Position numbers and translations under genes: made by a program | Sequence record: ON470583 | Source: Escherichia phage vB_EcoS-689R5 | Reading direction: 5' to 3' (one strand) | Length of the DNA: 36,681 bases | Notes under the pieces: generated by a model | The model's input: the letters and a program-made list of their open reading frames with translations, nothing else | Database searches by the model: none | Told to the model about the DNA's origin: nothing | Part shown: positions 9,183 to 17,035 of the stretch, piece after piece | How positions within the stretch are numbered: the stretch's first letter is position 1 | Layout of the letters: every line of letters begins with the position of its first letter

Positions 9183-9604
9183 AAATCAAACATGAACATA
9201 TCCGCATGGCGATGAATGCCTGGGCGCATCCGGACGGCGAAAAAGTACCGGCTGCGAAAATTACCAAAGCGTATTTCGAGCTGGGAATGACGTTCCCGGA
9301 ACTGTATGACGACAGCCATCCGGAAGCCCTAGCTCGCAATACTCAGAAAATTTTCCGCTGGGTGGAGAAAGACACCCCTGATGCGGTTAAAAAAATTCAG
9401 GCGTTGTTACCAGCTATCGAAAAAGCAATGCCACCTCTGCTGGTGGCCCGAATGCGCAGTCATAGCTCAGCCTATTTTCGGGAACTAGTGGAGACGCGGG
9501 AACGACTGGTGAGAGACGCTGATGATTTTGTCGCAGTGGCGATCGCTGGTTTCAACCAGATGAATCGTGGTGGCCCTGCAGGAAATATTGTGGCTGTGCA
9601 TTGA
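9179..9604 (+). CDS. YdaT-family protein (proposed CII-like regulator)
   Basis: 141 aa, N-terminus MKIKHEHI... as in Rac YdaT; sits directly after cro where cII would be. Confidence 0.5.
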   Translation: MKIKHEHIRMAMNAWAHPDGEKVPAAKITKAYFELGMTFPELYDDSHPEALARNTQKIFRWVEKDTPDAVKKIQALLPAIEKAMPPLLVARMRSHSSAYFRELVETRERLVRDADDFVAVAIAGFNQMNRGGPAGNIVAVH

Positions 9605-9675
9605 CTCGCAATATTCATACCGGATCACTTCCGGCAATTTGTGAGTAAAAAGATTCGGTATCAAAAGAGGTGAGT

Positions 9676-10746
9676 ATGGCTAACGCCTGGCTCAGATTAT
9701 GGCATGACATGCCAAATGACCCTAAGTGGCGAACAATTGCCAGGGTGTCAGGGCAGCCAATTGCAACAGTGATGGCAGTGTATATCCACCTCCTGGTGAG
9801 CGCGTCACGAAATGTCACGCGAGGTCACATTGATGTCACGACAGAAGATTTGGCAAGTGCGCTCGACGTGACAGAAGAGGTAATTGATTCAATTTTGCAG
9901 ACGATGCAGGGGCGGGTACTTGATGGTGATTTAATCACTGGATGGGAAAAACGCCAGGTGCTTAAAGAGGACAACGGCAATATTTCGCAAACCGCAAAAT
10001 CTCCTGCAGAGCGCAAGAGGGCGCAGCGAGAGAGGGAAAGAAAGCGGGAACAAAATGGCGATTGTCACGGCGCGTCACGAAATGTCACGCACATGTCACG
10101 ACGAGTCACGACAGATAAAGATACAGATAAAGATACAGATCAAGAAGATCAAAACACTATGGTCCATGGCGTAAAAAACGCCACGAACCAGGCAGGGGAT
10201 GTTCAGACCGTCAATCCTGGTCAGCCAGCAGGCACGACACCGGAAGCCGATTCAGCGTATGCGCTGAAAGCCGATTCGGGCGCTGTGCAGCAGGTGATGA
10301 CCGCAAGGCCGGAGCAATCACACCAACTGCAGCAGCCTGAAGCCGATTCCGCCATTCAGCGGGAAGCCGATCGGGTAGTCCCGGAAAGCACCGGGCAGTC
10401 TGTGGGACGAGTGGATTATCCGGATGTGTTCGAACAGGTCTGGCGGGAGTACCCGTTGCGTGCCGGAGCAAACCCGAAGAAATCCGCTTTCAGTGCCTGG
10501 AAGGCCAGATTACGCGAGGGGGTGCCACCAGAGGCCATGCTGGATGGCGTGAGGCGTTACGCAAGATACTTGGCGGCTACCGGGAAAACGGGAACGGAAT
10601 TTGTTCAGCGAGCGACGACGTTTTTTGGACCGGACCGGAATTTTGAGAACCCCTGGTTGCTCCCGGTAAGCAGCACGAACAACCAGCGTTGTGTGAATCA
10701 TATTTCTGAACCGGATAACGAAATTCCGCCGGGCTTCAGGGGGTAA
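9676..10746 (+). CDS. Phage replisome organizer / replication initiator (O-like) containing the origin iterons
   Basis: N-terminal WLRLWHDMPNDPKW replisome-organizer motif; coding sequence holds two clusters of GTCACG iterons and an AT-rich repeat. Start taken at the ATG 5 nt after AAGAGG. Confidence 0.75.
   Translation: MANAWLRLWHDMPNDPKWRTIARVSGQPIATVMAVYIHLLVSASRNVTRGHIDVTTEDLASALDVTEEVIDSILQTMQGRVLDGDLITGWEKRQVLKEDNGNISQTAKSPAERKRAQRERERKREQNGDCHGASRNVTHMSRRVTTDKDTDKDTDQEDQNTMVHGVKNATNQAGDVQTVNPGQPAGTTPEADSAYALKADSGAVQQVMTARPEQSHQLQQPEADSAIQREADRVVPESTGQSVGRVDYPDVFEQVWREYPLRAGANPKKSAFSAWKARLREGVPPEAMLDGVRRYARYLAATGKTGTEFVQRATTFFGPDRNFENPWLLPVSSTNNQRCVNHISEPDNEIPPGFRG
9801..9840. repeat. 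Iteron cluster 1: four GTCAC(G/A) direct repeats at 10-11 bp spacing
   Basis: cgcGTCACGaaatGTCACGcgagGTCACAttgatGTCACG; the 20-mer cgcgtcacgaaatgtcacgc recurs exactly at 10071-10090. Confidence 0.75.
10061..10150. repeat. Iteron cluster 2 (five GTCACG repeats) plus AT-rich tandem acagataaag x3; probable ori
   Basis: attGTCACGgcgcGTCACGaaatGTCACGcacatGTCACGacgaGTCACGacagataaagatacagataaagatacagat. Confidence 0.7.
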
Positions 10747-10786
10747 GTGTTAATTTCTGGTCATGAGGTAATTTTCAGGAGGGCTT

Positions 10787-10984
10787 GTGGCAAAAGTTTT
10801 TACACAAGAAGAGCGGGAAAAAATTAAAGGGCAGGTTCTTGAACTCGTACGCCAGAGTGGACGCGAGACGTTACGACAACTGGAAGCTAAAACTGGGGCA
10901 ACAAGATATCTGATGAGCGTTCTGGCCAGAGAGCTGGTTGCCAGTGGCGATGTATACAACTCTGGTTACGGGTTATTCCCGTCT
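10787..10984 (+). CDS. Hypothetical protein, 5' fragment interrupted by the assembly gap
   Basis: ORF MAKVFTQEEREKIKGQVLELVRQSGRETLRQLEAKTGATRYLMSVLARELV... runs into the N run. Confidence 0.4.
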
Positions 10985-10994
10985 NNNNNNNNNN
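10985..10994. other. Assembly gap (10 N)
   Basis: Literal nnnnnnnnnn in the sequence; true length unknown. Confidence 0.99.
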
Positions 10995-10995
10995 G

Positions 10996-11211
10996 CGTAA
11001 GGATTGGCAAAATACCCGTAAAAAGCTCTCAAGGGCAAAGCTGAAGAAACCATCTGCGGTTGATCCGGACCTTATCTGGTCATTACCAGACGGAGAAATA
11101 CGCCGCTACGACAGGCGTCAGAACATAATCTGTCGCGAGTGCCGGAAGAGCGAAGCTATGCAGCGTGTGCTGGCGTTCTATCAGGGTAATTTTCAGGAGG
11201 TGATGGCGTGA
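10996..11211 (+). CDS. Hypothetical protein, 3' fragment after the gap (same or different gene as 10787-10984)
   Basis: Open frame ...RKDWQNTRKKLSRAKLKKPSAVDPDLIWSLPDGEIRRYDRRQNIICRECRKSEAMQRVLAFYQGNFQEVMA ending at TGA that overlaps the next gene start. Confidence 0.35.
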   Translation, partial: RKDWQNTRKKLSRAKLKKPSAVDPDLIWSLPDGEIRRYDRRQNIICRECRKSEAMQRVLAFYQGNFQEVMA

Positions 11212-11507
11212 GGGTGAGGATTTATATCGCTGGTCCGATGACCGGGTATAAAAATTTCAACCGTGAGGCGTTCCACGATGCGGAAGAGGAACTGAAACGG
11301 GAAGGGCATACAGTCTTAAACCCGGCAGTACTTCCGGACGGGCTGACACAGCCACACTACATGGATATTTGCATGGCAATGATTCGTTGTGTTGATGCGA
11401 TTTACATGCTGAAAGGCTGGCAGCGGTCAGCAGGCGCTAAGGCAGAACTGGCGCTGGCGGAGAAGCTGGGGCATGCAGTTATTTTTCAGGAGGCAAACAG
11501 TGAGTAA
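11208..11507 (+). CDS. DUF4406-family protein (nucleoside 2-deoxyribosyltransferase-like fold)
   Basis: MRVRIYIAGPMTGYKNFNREAFHDAEEELKREGHTVLNPA...; GTG start 7 nt after CAGGAGG. Confidence 0.6.
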   Translation: MRVRIYIAGPMTGYKNFNREAFHDAEEELKREGHTVLNPAVLPDGLTQPHYMDICMAMIRCVDAIYMLKGWQRSAGAKAELALAEKLGHAVIFQEANSE

Positions 11508-12036
11508 CCAATGGCGACCAGATATTTGCCCTATAACCGGACGTGCATTTTTCATGTGGATTGAGCATCCGACATTGGGAAATGTGCCGACGTATGGTGG
11601 CCCATTAGATAGCTACACCATCCCAACAAAGGACAGCGACGGTGAGTTTTCATGTGAGCGTTACGATCATGATTTCGGTGGCTGGGTAGAAAGCGAATGT
11701 CTTGGGTTATATCTGATTGATGATAAAGAACAATGCAGAGTCTACGAACTCGAGGAGCGCGTTAAAGAGCTGGAAGCGCGGGAAATAAAACCGGCCAAGG
11801 GCGAAGTTCTTGTCGTTGTATCTGGTTTTACTGGTTGCGGAAAAAGCGCCATTGCCGGGGAAATAGAAATCGCGATGAAGGCTATTGGTGTACCGGTTCA
11901 GTGGACTAATGGCGATGCAGAAAAGCGCATGACAGGAGCTGACTGGCTGACAGCAATTGAGATGTACAAACCAACTGTGCGCATTGTGGAAGTTAATGTG
12001 CCACGCGTCGCTGGCATTCGCATCAAAGGAGAGTGA
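11500..12036 (+). CDS. Hypothetical nin-region protein with a Walker-A-like motif (GFTGCGKS) in its C-terminal half
   Basis: GTG start overlaps the previous stop; motif VVVSGFTGCGKSAIAG. Confidence 0.5.
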   Translation: MSNQWRPDICPITGRAFFMWIEHPTLGNVPTYGGPLDSYTIPTKDSDGEFSCERYDHDFGGWVESECLGLYLIDDKEQCRVYELEERVKELEAREIKPAKGEVLVVVSGFTGCGKSAIAGEIEIAMKAIGVPVQWTNGDAEKRMTGADWLTAIEMYKPTVRIVEVNVPRVAGIRIKGE

Positions 12037-12037
12037 C

Positions 12038-12394
12038 GTGGAAATAAATCCAGAAGATGAGTTAAGCAATATCGTTTTATTTCCGGTAAAAGAGGATGAC
12101 CCACGTAATCAGGTTAATTTTCTTTATGAGCCATCGGAAAGACCATACTGCCATCACGCTTCTGTCCGGGTTGACGAAAAAGAGCGTCAGGTCCGCTGTA
12201 AAATCTGCGGTGCAGTTGTGGAGCCGTTTGACTGGATGCTCTCTGTGGCGAAAAGAGAAACCAGACTGGCAGATGATGTAAGGCTATTGCGCCAGGAGGA
12301 ACAGGAAAGGCGGAAAAATATAGAAAAGTTAATTCAGATTGAGCGTAACGCGAAAGCGCGGATACGCAGGGCGACAAAATCCAGAACTGAATAA
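12038..12394 (+). CDS. Hypothetical protein with a putative Cys/His zinc-binding motif
   Basis: GTG-initiated ORF MEINPEDELSNIVLFPV...CHHASVRVDEKERQVRCKICGAVVEPF...; basic C-terminus. Confidence 0.45.
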   Translation: MEINPEDELSNIVLFPVKEDDPRNQVNFLYEPSERPYCHHASVRVDEKERQVRCKICGAVVEPFDWMLSVAKRETRLADDVRLLRQEEQERRKNIEKLIQIERNAKARIRRATKSRTE

Positions 12395-12487
12395 TTAAAT
12401 TTAGCTCTGTTAAAAATTTAATCCTTAACCGGAGGGATTTCTGCACCTTCAGAACATCAGGAGGCCGCCCGAAAGGGCGGTAGTTAA

Positions 12488-12670
12488 ATGCGAAAGTTTA
12501 AAATAATTATTGAAACGGGAATAGCCGGTGGAGATTTCGAGGATGAATTCGAAGTGGATGATGATGCGACGCCTGATGAAATACATGACGAAGCAAAAGA
12601 TATTTTCTTTAACTACTGCAATTACTCATATCACGAAATAAAAGACGAAGAGGAAGAACAAAATGGCTGA
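12488..12670 (+). CDS. Hypothetical small acidic protein (60 aa)
   Basis: ORF MRKFKIIIETGIAGGDFEDEFEVDDD...; SD AGGAGG lies 5' of a GC hairpin that precedes the ATG. Confidence 0.45.
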   Translation: MRKFKIIIETGIAGGDFEDEFEVDDDATPDEIHDEAKDIFFNYCNYSYHEIKDEEEEQNG

Positions 12671-12839
12671 TTCTGGTTCAACTAAATATAACGCCAGTTT
12701 TGAAGAATGGCATGAACTGTTAATGGATTATGCAGAGTTACGCGGTGGAAGTGCCGCTGATGCTGAAGCATGGCGTGATGATTATGAAGCAGGGAAAACA
12801 CCGGTCGAAGCATATTGTGATGAGTGGGGCGATGAATGA
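12663..12839 (+). CDS. Hypothetical small protein (58 aa); absent from the supplied ORF track
   Basis: Manual translation MADSGSTKYNASFEEWHELLMDYAELRGGSAADAEAWRDDYEAGKTPVEAYCDEWGDE; start and stop overlap the neighbouring genes. Confidence 0.4.
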   Translation: MADSGSTKYNASFEEWHELLMDYAELRGGSAADAEAWRDDYEAGKTPVEAYCDEWGDE

Positions 12840-13195
12840 GCGAGATTAATTATCAGGAAGGGCATGAAAAGGCAGGGCAGGCAAAACCAGTGGCATGGCG
12901 ATATCGCTACGTGAAAAAAGGCGTTACAGACTTTCAGGGGAAGCAGTGGGTTGGTGACTGGAAATATGTCCCGACAAAAGAGGATTGCAACGACAGGCCG
13001 AGCTATGAGATTCAGGCCTTATTCACTGTCCCGCCTGTGCCACTGACACCAGAAGGATTGATTAAAGCAGTGCGTTTCTATGAACAGGTAAAGCGTGAGA
13101 ATCCGCCAGTCGAAACCGGAGCATGGAAAGACGCTGTTGACTGGGTGCTCAAAGAGGCTTGCCAGGCTGTAAACATTGGTACCAAAGGAGATTGA
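12836..13195 (+). CDS. Hypothetical nin-region protein (119 aa)
   Basis: ORF with start overlapping the upstream stop (ATGA). Confidence 0.5.
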   Translation: MSEINYQEGHEKAGQAKPVAWRYRYVKKGVTDFQGKQWVGDWKYVPTKEDCNDRPSYEIQALFTVPPVPLTPEGLIKAVRFYEQVKRENPPVETGAWKDAVDWVLKEACQAVNIGTKGD

Positions 13196-13196
13196 T

Positions 13197-13637
13197 ATGA
13201 CCACTTTTACCGACAAAGAACTGATTAAAGAAATCAAAGAGCGCATAGGCAGCTTGGACGTTCGAGACAATATTGAGCGCCGTGCTTATGAAATTGCTCT
13301 GGCATCGCTGGAAGCAGAGGCAGTTATGTTCTGTATATCAGGACAAAATGTAGATTCAGAAGAACATGTATCAACCAGCAAAGCGGTTGTTGATGCCTGG
13401 GTTGAAGAATGGAATCAGGTTGACGGAAGTCCTGGCGAACCACTGTACAAAACTATGCCACTCTACTATCACGCTGCCTTGCCAGCGCCGGTAGTGCCGG
13501 AAGAAGCAACTCCGGAAAACGTAGAAATGCTCTCTGGCTATGTTTCCACGTACAAATTAACCGATAGCGAGCGCGATATTGCTGCCGAAATATGGAACGC
13601 CTGCCGCGCCGCTATGCTTCATGGGAAAGGAGAGTGA
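13197..13637 (+). CDS. Hypothetical protein, member of the MTTFT...ALASLEAE paralog family (copy 1)
   Basis: MTTFTDKELIKEIKERIG...[15 protein letters not shown]...; ATG 7 nt after AAAGGAG. Confidence 0.5.
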   Translation: MTTFTDKELIKEIKERIGSLDVRDNIERRAYEIALASLEAEAVMFCISGQNVDSEEHVSTSKAVVDAWVEEWNQVDGSPGEPLYKTMPLYYHAALPAPVVPEEATPENVEMLSGYVSTYKLTDSERDIAAEIWNACRAAMLHGKGE

Positions 13638-13638
13638 T

Positions 13639-13902
13639 ATGGCAACTTTAACAAAAAAAGAACGGGCATGGTTGAACGAATTACAGGACGTTCTTGATCG
13701 CTGCCCATCACCGAAAAAAATTGGTTTTTACACCATTGGCGATAAAAGCATTTACCTGTATGACCTGCGCCGCATGGATGAAATCATGGAGGCTCTTGAT
13801 AATCGTTCGTCAATGGATTGGTGTGTTGCTGTCCATGATATGAATGCAGGGTTTGATGAAAAGATTTTGTTCCCCTCATCAGTTGAAAGCACTGCGGGTT
13901 AA
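13639..13902 (+). CDS. Hypothetical protein (87 aa)
   Basis: MATLTKKERAWLNELQDVLDRCPSPKKIGFYTIGDKSIYLYDL...; preceded by GGAGAG. Confidence 0.45.
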   Translation: MATLTKKERAWLNELQDVLDRCPSPKKIGFYTIGDKSIYLYDLRRMDEIMEALDNRSSMDWCVAVHDMNAGFDEKILFPSSVESTAG

Positions 13903-13912
13903 GGAGTAACAC

Positions 13913-14080
13913 ATGACCACTATTACCAAAGAACGTATTGAATTGTTCATTAAAAATCCGCTTGAAAACGGGCTTACCCGTGGTGAACAAATGGAACTGG
14001 CACGGATTGCGCTGGCATCGCTGGAAGCAGAGCCGGTTGTGTTCTGGTTTGAAAAATATCAAGAAGGGGCTACGGCATGA
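13913..14080 (+). CDS. Hypothetical small protein, MTTFT...ALASLEAE paralog family (copy 2, 55 aa); absent from the ORF track
   Basis: Manual translation [55 protein letters not shown]; AAGGAG SD. Confidence 0.45.
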   Translation: MTTITKERIELFIKNPLENGLTRGEQMELARIALASLEAEPVVFWFEKYQEGATA

Positions 14081-14421
14081 CGACTTTTACCAGAGAGCAG
14101 TTAATAGCTCACGCAGAGGAGACTATTGAAGCACAGAGACTGTGCATACCGGGCACAATCGACCATGACATCATCCGCACATATAAGATGGATATTGCTG
14201 TTCTGGAAATCGCACTGGTATCGCTGGCAGCAGAGCCAGCCGGTAAATTGCATGAATACAAACCAGTGGGATATCAGCGTCTGGTCGATGAGTTAACCAT
14301 GCTGGTAAAGCAGTTAACCTGGCAACTGAGGAAAGCGAAGCCAGACTGCAAATTACCGGATAAGGCGATGAGTTATCTGGAGCGGAACGGACTGATAAGC
14401 GTGGAGGATATTTTACGATGA
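14077..14421 (+). CDS. Hypothetical protein, MTTFT...ALASLEAE paralog family (copy 3)
   Basis: [22 protein letters not shown]...[14 protein letters not shown]...; start overlaps the previous stop. Confidence 0.5.
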   Translation: MTTFTREQLIAHAEETIEAQRLCIPGTIDHDIIRTYKMDIAVLEIALVSLAAEPAGKLHEYKPVGYQRLVDELTMLVKQLTWQLRKAKPDCKLPDKAMSYLERNGLISVEDILR

Positions 14422-14711
14422 CTGGCCTGAGGCATTTACAACGGCAGGAATCGCAATGGCTGTGGCGCTGGTGGTGTATTCGATTTGCCGCTGGGGATAA
14501 AAACGGTTTGCGGGAAAAGGAGAGTTAAGTAGAATTGCAGCGGGTGCTTGAGGCTATCTGTCTCAGGCATGAACACCAAAAGGCAGATAGAGAAAAGCCC
14601 CAGTTAACATTACGCGTCCTGCAAGACGCTTAACATTAATCTGAGGCTCAATCTATGAACGGCAAATCTAGGTTAGCCTCTTACGTGCCGAAAGGCAAGG
14701 AGAAGCAGGCT

Positions 14712-14867
14712 ATGAAGCAGCAAAAGGCGATGTTAATCGCCCTGATCGTCATCTGTTTAACCGTCATTGTGACGGCACTGGTAACGAGGAAAGACCTCTG
14801 CGAGGTACGAATCCGAACCGGCCAGACGGAGGTCGCTGTCTTCACAGCTTACGAACCTGAGGAGTAA
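14712..14867 (+). CDS. hokD: Hok/Gef-family type I toxin (51 aa, hokD/relF-like)
   Basis: MKQQKAMLIALIVICLTVIVTALVTRKDLCEVRIRTGQTEVAVFTAYEPEE; the track ORF extends in frame upstream (MNGKSRLASYVPKGKEKQA), a possible mok-like leader. No relBE is seen upstream. Confidence 0.8.
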   Translation: MKQQKAMLIALIVICLTVIVTALVTRKDLCEVRIRTGQTEVAVFTAYEPEE

Positions 14868-15010
14868 GAGACCTGGCGGGGGAGAAATCCCTCGCCACCT
14901 CTGATGTGTCAGGCATCCTCAACGCACCCGCACTTAACCCGCTTCGGCGTTTTTTCCGTTGATTAACTCTAGTTATTAGAGAACCGAACTTTTATTGATG
15001 GGGCAGGGAG

Positions 15011-15403
15011 ATGAAGAAACTTGTTTTAGTCGCAGGTGTAATGATTGCAACAGTAATGTTGGGAGGGTGTGCAGCAAAGGTCGATCCAGCGTTGAAAGCA
15101 GAAGCAATGAAGCCACTAACATGTAATGATGAAAAGCAATGTGACTTTTATTGGAAACGAGCGCAATTCTGGTTGGCTAATAATTCCTCATGGAAAATTC
15201 AAACGGCGACAGACACGCTAATTTCCACTTATAATCCCTCTCCAAATAGTCCATTCCTCGCTTATCAAGTGAGTAAAATGCCAAATGAAGATGGATCCTC
15301 AAGAATTTTCATCAAGCCTTTTTGCGATAATATGTTTGGCTGTCAACCAAACCCCTATCAGGCAGTTGTTTCCTTTAAAAACTTCGTTAAAACAGGGCAG
15401 TAG
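15011..15403 (+). CDS. Predicted lipoprotein of unknown function (moron)
   Basis: Signal peptide plus lipobox MKKLVLVAGVMIATVMLGGC; AT-rich codon usage unlike neighbouring phage genes; followed by a strong terminator. Confidence 0.65.
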   Translation: MKKLVLVAGVMIATVMLGGCAAKVDPALKAEAMKPLTCNDEKQCDFYWKRAQFWLANNSSWKIQTATDTLISTYNPSPNSPFLAYQVSKMPNEDGSSRIFIKPFCDNMFGCQPNPYQAVVSFKNFVKTGQ

Positions 15404-15602
15404 TGTATAGCTTGGACGATAAATTATTAGTGAAAACGCCGTAAACCCTCACCCAATGTGGACTAAGTCTATCAAACATGACTGTGATGATTAGTCCGTA
15501 GTTGTTGCCTATGAAATCTGGATTGAGTCAGGGTTTAATCCAATAATTATTCTATCGTTCCTTTACAAGTCCGGTATATTACTTTCAGTTTGTTTTAGCA
15601 TA

Positions 15603-15627
15603 CCCGCTTCGGCGGGTTTTGTTTTTT
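15603..15627 (+). terminator. Rho-independent terminator after the lipoprotein gene
   Basis: CCCGCUUCGGCGGG hairpin followed by UUUUGUUUUUU. Confidence 0.75.
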
Positions 15628-15699
15628 CCTAGCATTCTGGTTTACAATTCGCACGCCAGCCTGAACAACTGGCACCTGCTGCGCCAGCAGAGACAACCG

Positions 15700-15978
15700 A
15701 TGGCGCACGATACCAAATTACACAATTCTGATGATTCTGCCGTCTTTGCCAGCAGGCACGGGCGGCGTTCCCGCACTTTCAAATCTGACTGGTTCCAGCA
15801 TGACCCATGTACTGAAGAACAGGCCGAATGGCTAATTCATAACTATCGCAGACGCGGATACGAGATTAAGAAAGCCCTCAGCCTCGATTATCGTCACTGG
15901 ATAATCTATGTCAGGCTCCCTTATTCCGAACGCCCACCGCGCCCATCCCGCACATACCAGCAACGGATCTGGAGGTAA
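15700..15978 (+). CDS. Rem-like hypothetical protein (about 92 aa)
   Basis: MAHDTKLHNSDDSAVFASRHGRRSRTFKSDWFQHDPCTEEQAEWLIHNYRRRGYEIKK...; start chosen at the first ATG clear of the upstream terminator. Confidence 0.5.
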   Translation: MAHDTKLHNSDDSAVFASRHGRRSRTFKSDWFQHDPCTEEQAEWLIHNYRRRGYEIKKALSLDYRHWIIYVRLPYSERPPRPSRTYQQRIWR

Positions 15979-15979
15979 C

Positions 15980-17035
15980 GTGCGGATATTACTTCGACCT
16001 GTTCTGGTACCGGAACTCGGGCTGGTGGTCCTTAGGCCGGGCCGTGAATCCATGCAAGTATTTCATAACCCTCGAGTGCTGGTGGAGCCTGAACCGAAAA
16101 GCATGCGCGGTCTGCCGTCCGGAGTCGTCCCTGCCGTTCGCCAGCCGCTGGCGGAGGATAAATCATTACTGCCATTTTTCAGCGATGAGCGGGTGATTCG
16201 TGCTGCTGGCGGCGCTGGGGCACTGTCTGACTGGCTGTTGCGTCATGTCAAATCCTGCCAGTGGCCTCATGGTGACTATCATCACAGTGAAATCGTCATA
16301 CATCGTTACGGTACCGGCGCGATGGTGTTGTGCTGGCACTGCGACAACCAGTTGCGTGACCAGACATCCGAATCACTCGGGCAACTTGCTCATCAAAACC
16401 TGTCAGCATGGATGATTGACGTCATACGCCATGCAATGAATGGCACGCAGGAGCGGGAATTGTCGCTGGCTGAATTATCCTGGTGGGCGGTCTGCAATCA
16501 GGTGGCGGACGCGCTTCCGGAGGCAGTATTACGTCGTTCTCTGGGGTTACGTGCGGAAAAAATCCGCTCCTTGTACCGCGAAAGCGACATCGTACCGGGA
16601 GAGCAGACCGCCACCAGCATACTGAAGCAGCGCACAAAAAATCTTGCGCCGTTGCCTCATGCCCACCAGCAAAACCCGCCACAGGAAAAGACGGTGGTCA
16701 GCATTGCCGTTGATCCGGAGTCACCGGCTCAGTATCTCCAGCGCCAGAAACCACAACGGGAAGAGATGCCTGTATACACGCGTTGGGTAAAAACGCAGAA
16801 ATGCATGACGTGCGGTAATCAGGCAGATGATCCGCATCACATCATTGGTCATGGACTGGGAGGGATGGGAACAAAGGCTGATGATTTGTTTGTTATTCCG
16901 CTGTGCCGTAAATGTCATAACGAACTGCACGCCGGGGTAAAAGATTTTGAAGAAAAACACGGCAGCCAGCTGTTGTTGCTGATTCGTTTTTTAATGCACG
17001 CGAGAAATTCGGGTGTCCTGAAGTGGAAAGCATGA
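15980..17035 (+). CDS. DUF968-family phage protein (YdfU-like) with C-terminal Cys/His motif
   Basis: GTG start after GGAGG; C-terminal CMTCGNQADDPHHIIGHGLGGMGTKADDLFVIPLCRKCHNELH. Confidence 0.65.
   Translation: MRILLRPVLVPELGLVVLRPGRESMQVFHNPRVLVEPEPKSMRGLPSGVVPAVRQPLAEDKSLLPFFSDERVIRAAGGAGALSDWLLRHVKSCQWPHGDYHHSEIVIHRYGTGAMVLCWHCDNQLRDQTSESLGQLAHQNLSAWMIDVIRHAMNGTQERELSLAELSWWAVCNQVADALPEAVLRRSLGLRAEKIRSLYRESDIVPGEQTATSILKQRTKNLAPLPHAHQQNPPQEKTVVSIAVDPESPAQYLQRQKPQREEMPVYTRWVKTQKCMTCGNQADDPHHIIGHGLGGMGTKADDLFVIPLCRKCHNELHAGVKDFEEKHGSQLLLLIRFLMHARNSGVLKWKA

Noticed and set aside
9031-9339. 102-aa minus-strand ORF overlapping cro and the YdaT-like gene
   Set aside because: Antisense to two well-supported genes with no independent signal.
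9801-10110. GTCACG repeat arrays as a possible CRISPR array
   Set aside because: Repeats are 6-bp cores at 10-11 bp spacing inside a coding sequence with no spacer structure; they fit replication-origin iterons, not CRISPR.
14077-14700. relBE toxin-antitoxin genes upstream of hok (as in Qin)
   Set aside because: The upstream ORFs do not resemble RelB or RelE; hok appears to be a stand-alone hok/sok-type locus here.
15619-15699. TTG start at 15619 for the rem-like ORF (track ORF 119 aa)
   Set aside because: That start lies inside the upstream terminator hairpin; the downstream ATG at 15700 is more plausible.
16200-16960. Multiple short ORFs on both strands within the DUF968 gene
   Set aside because: Nested in a GC-rich coding region; none has start-site support or recognisable domains.
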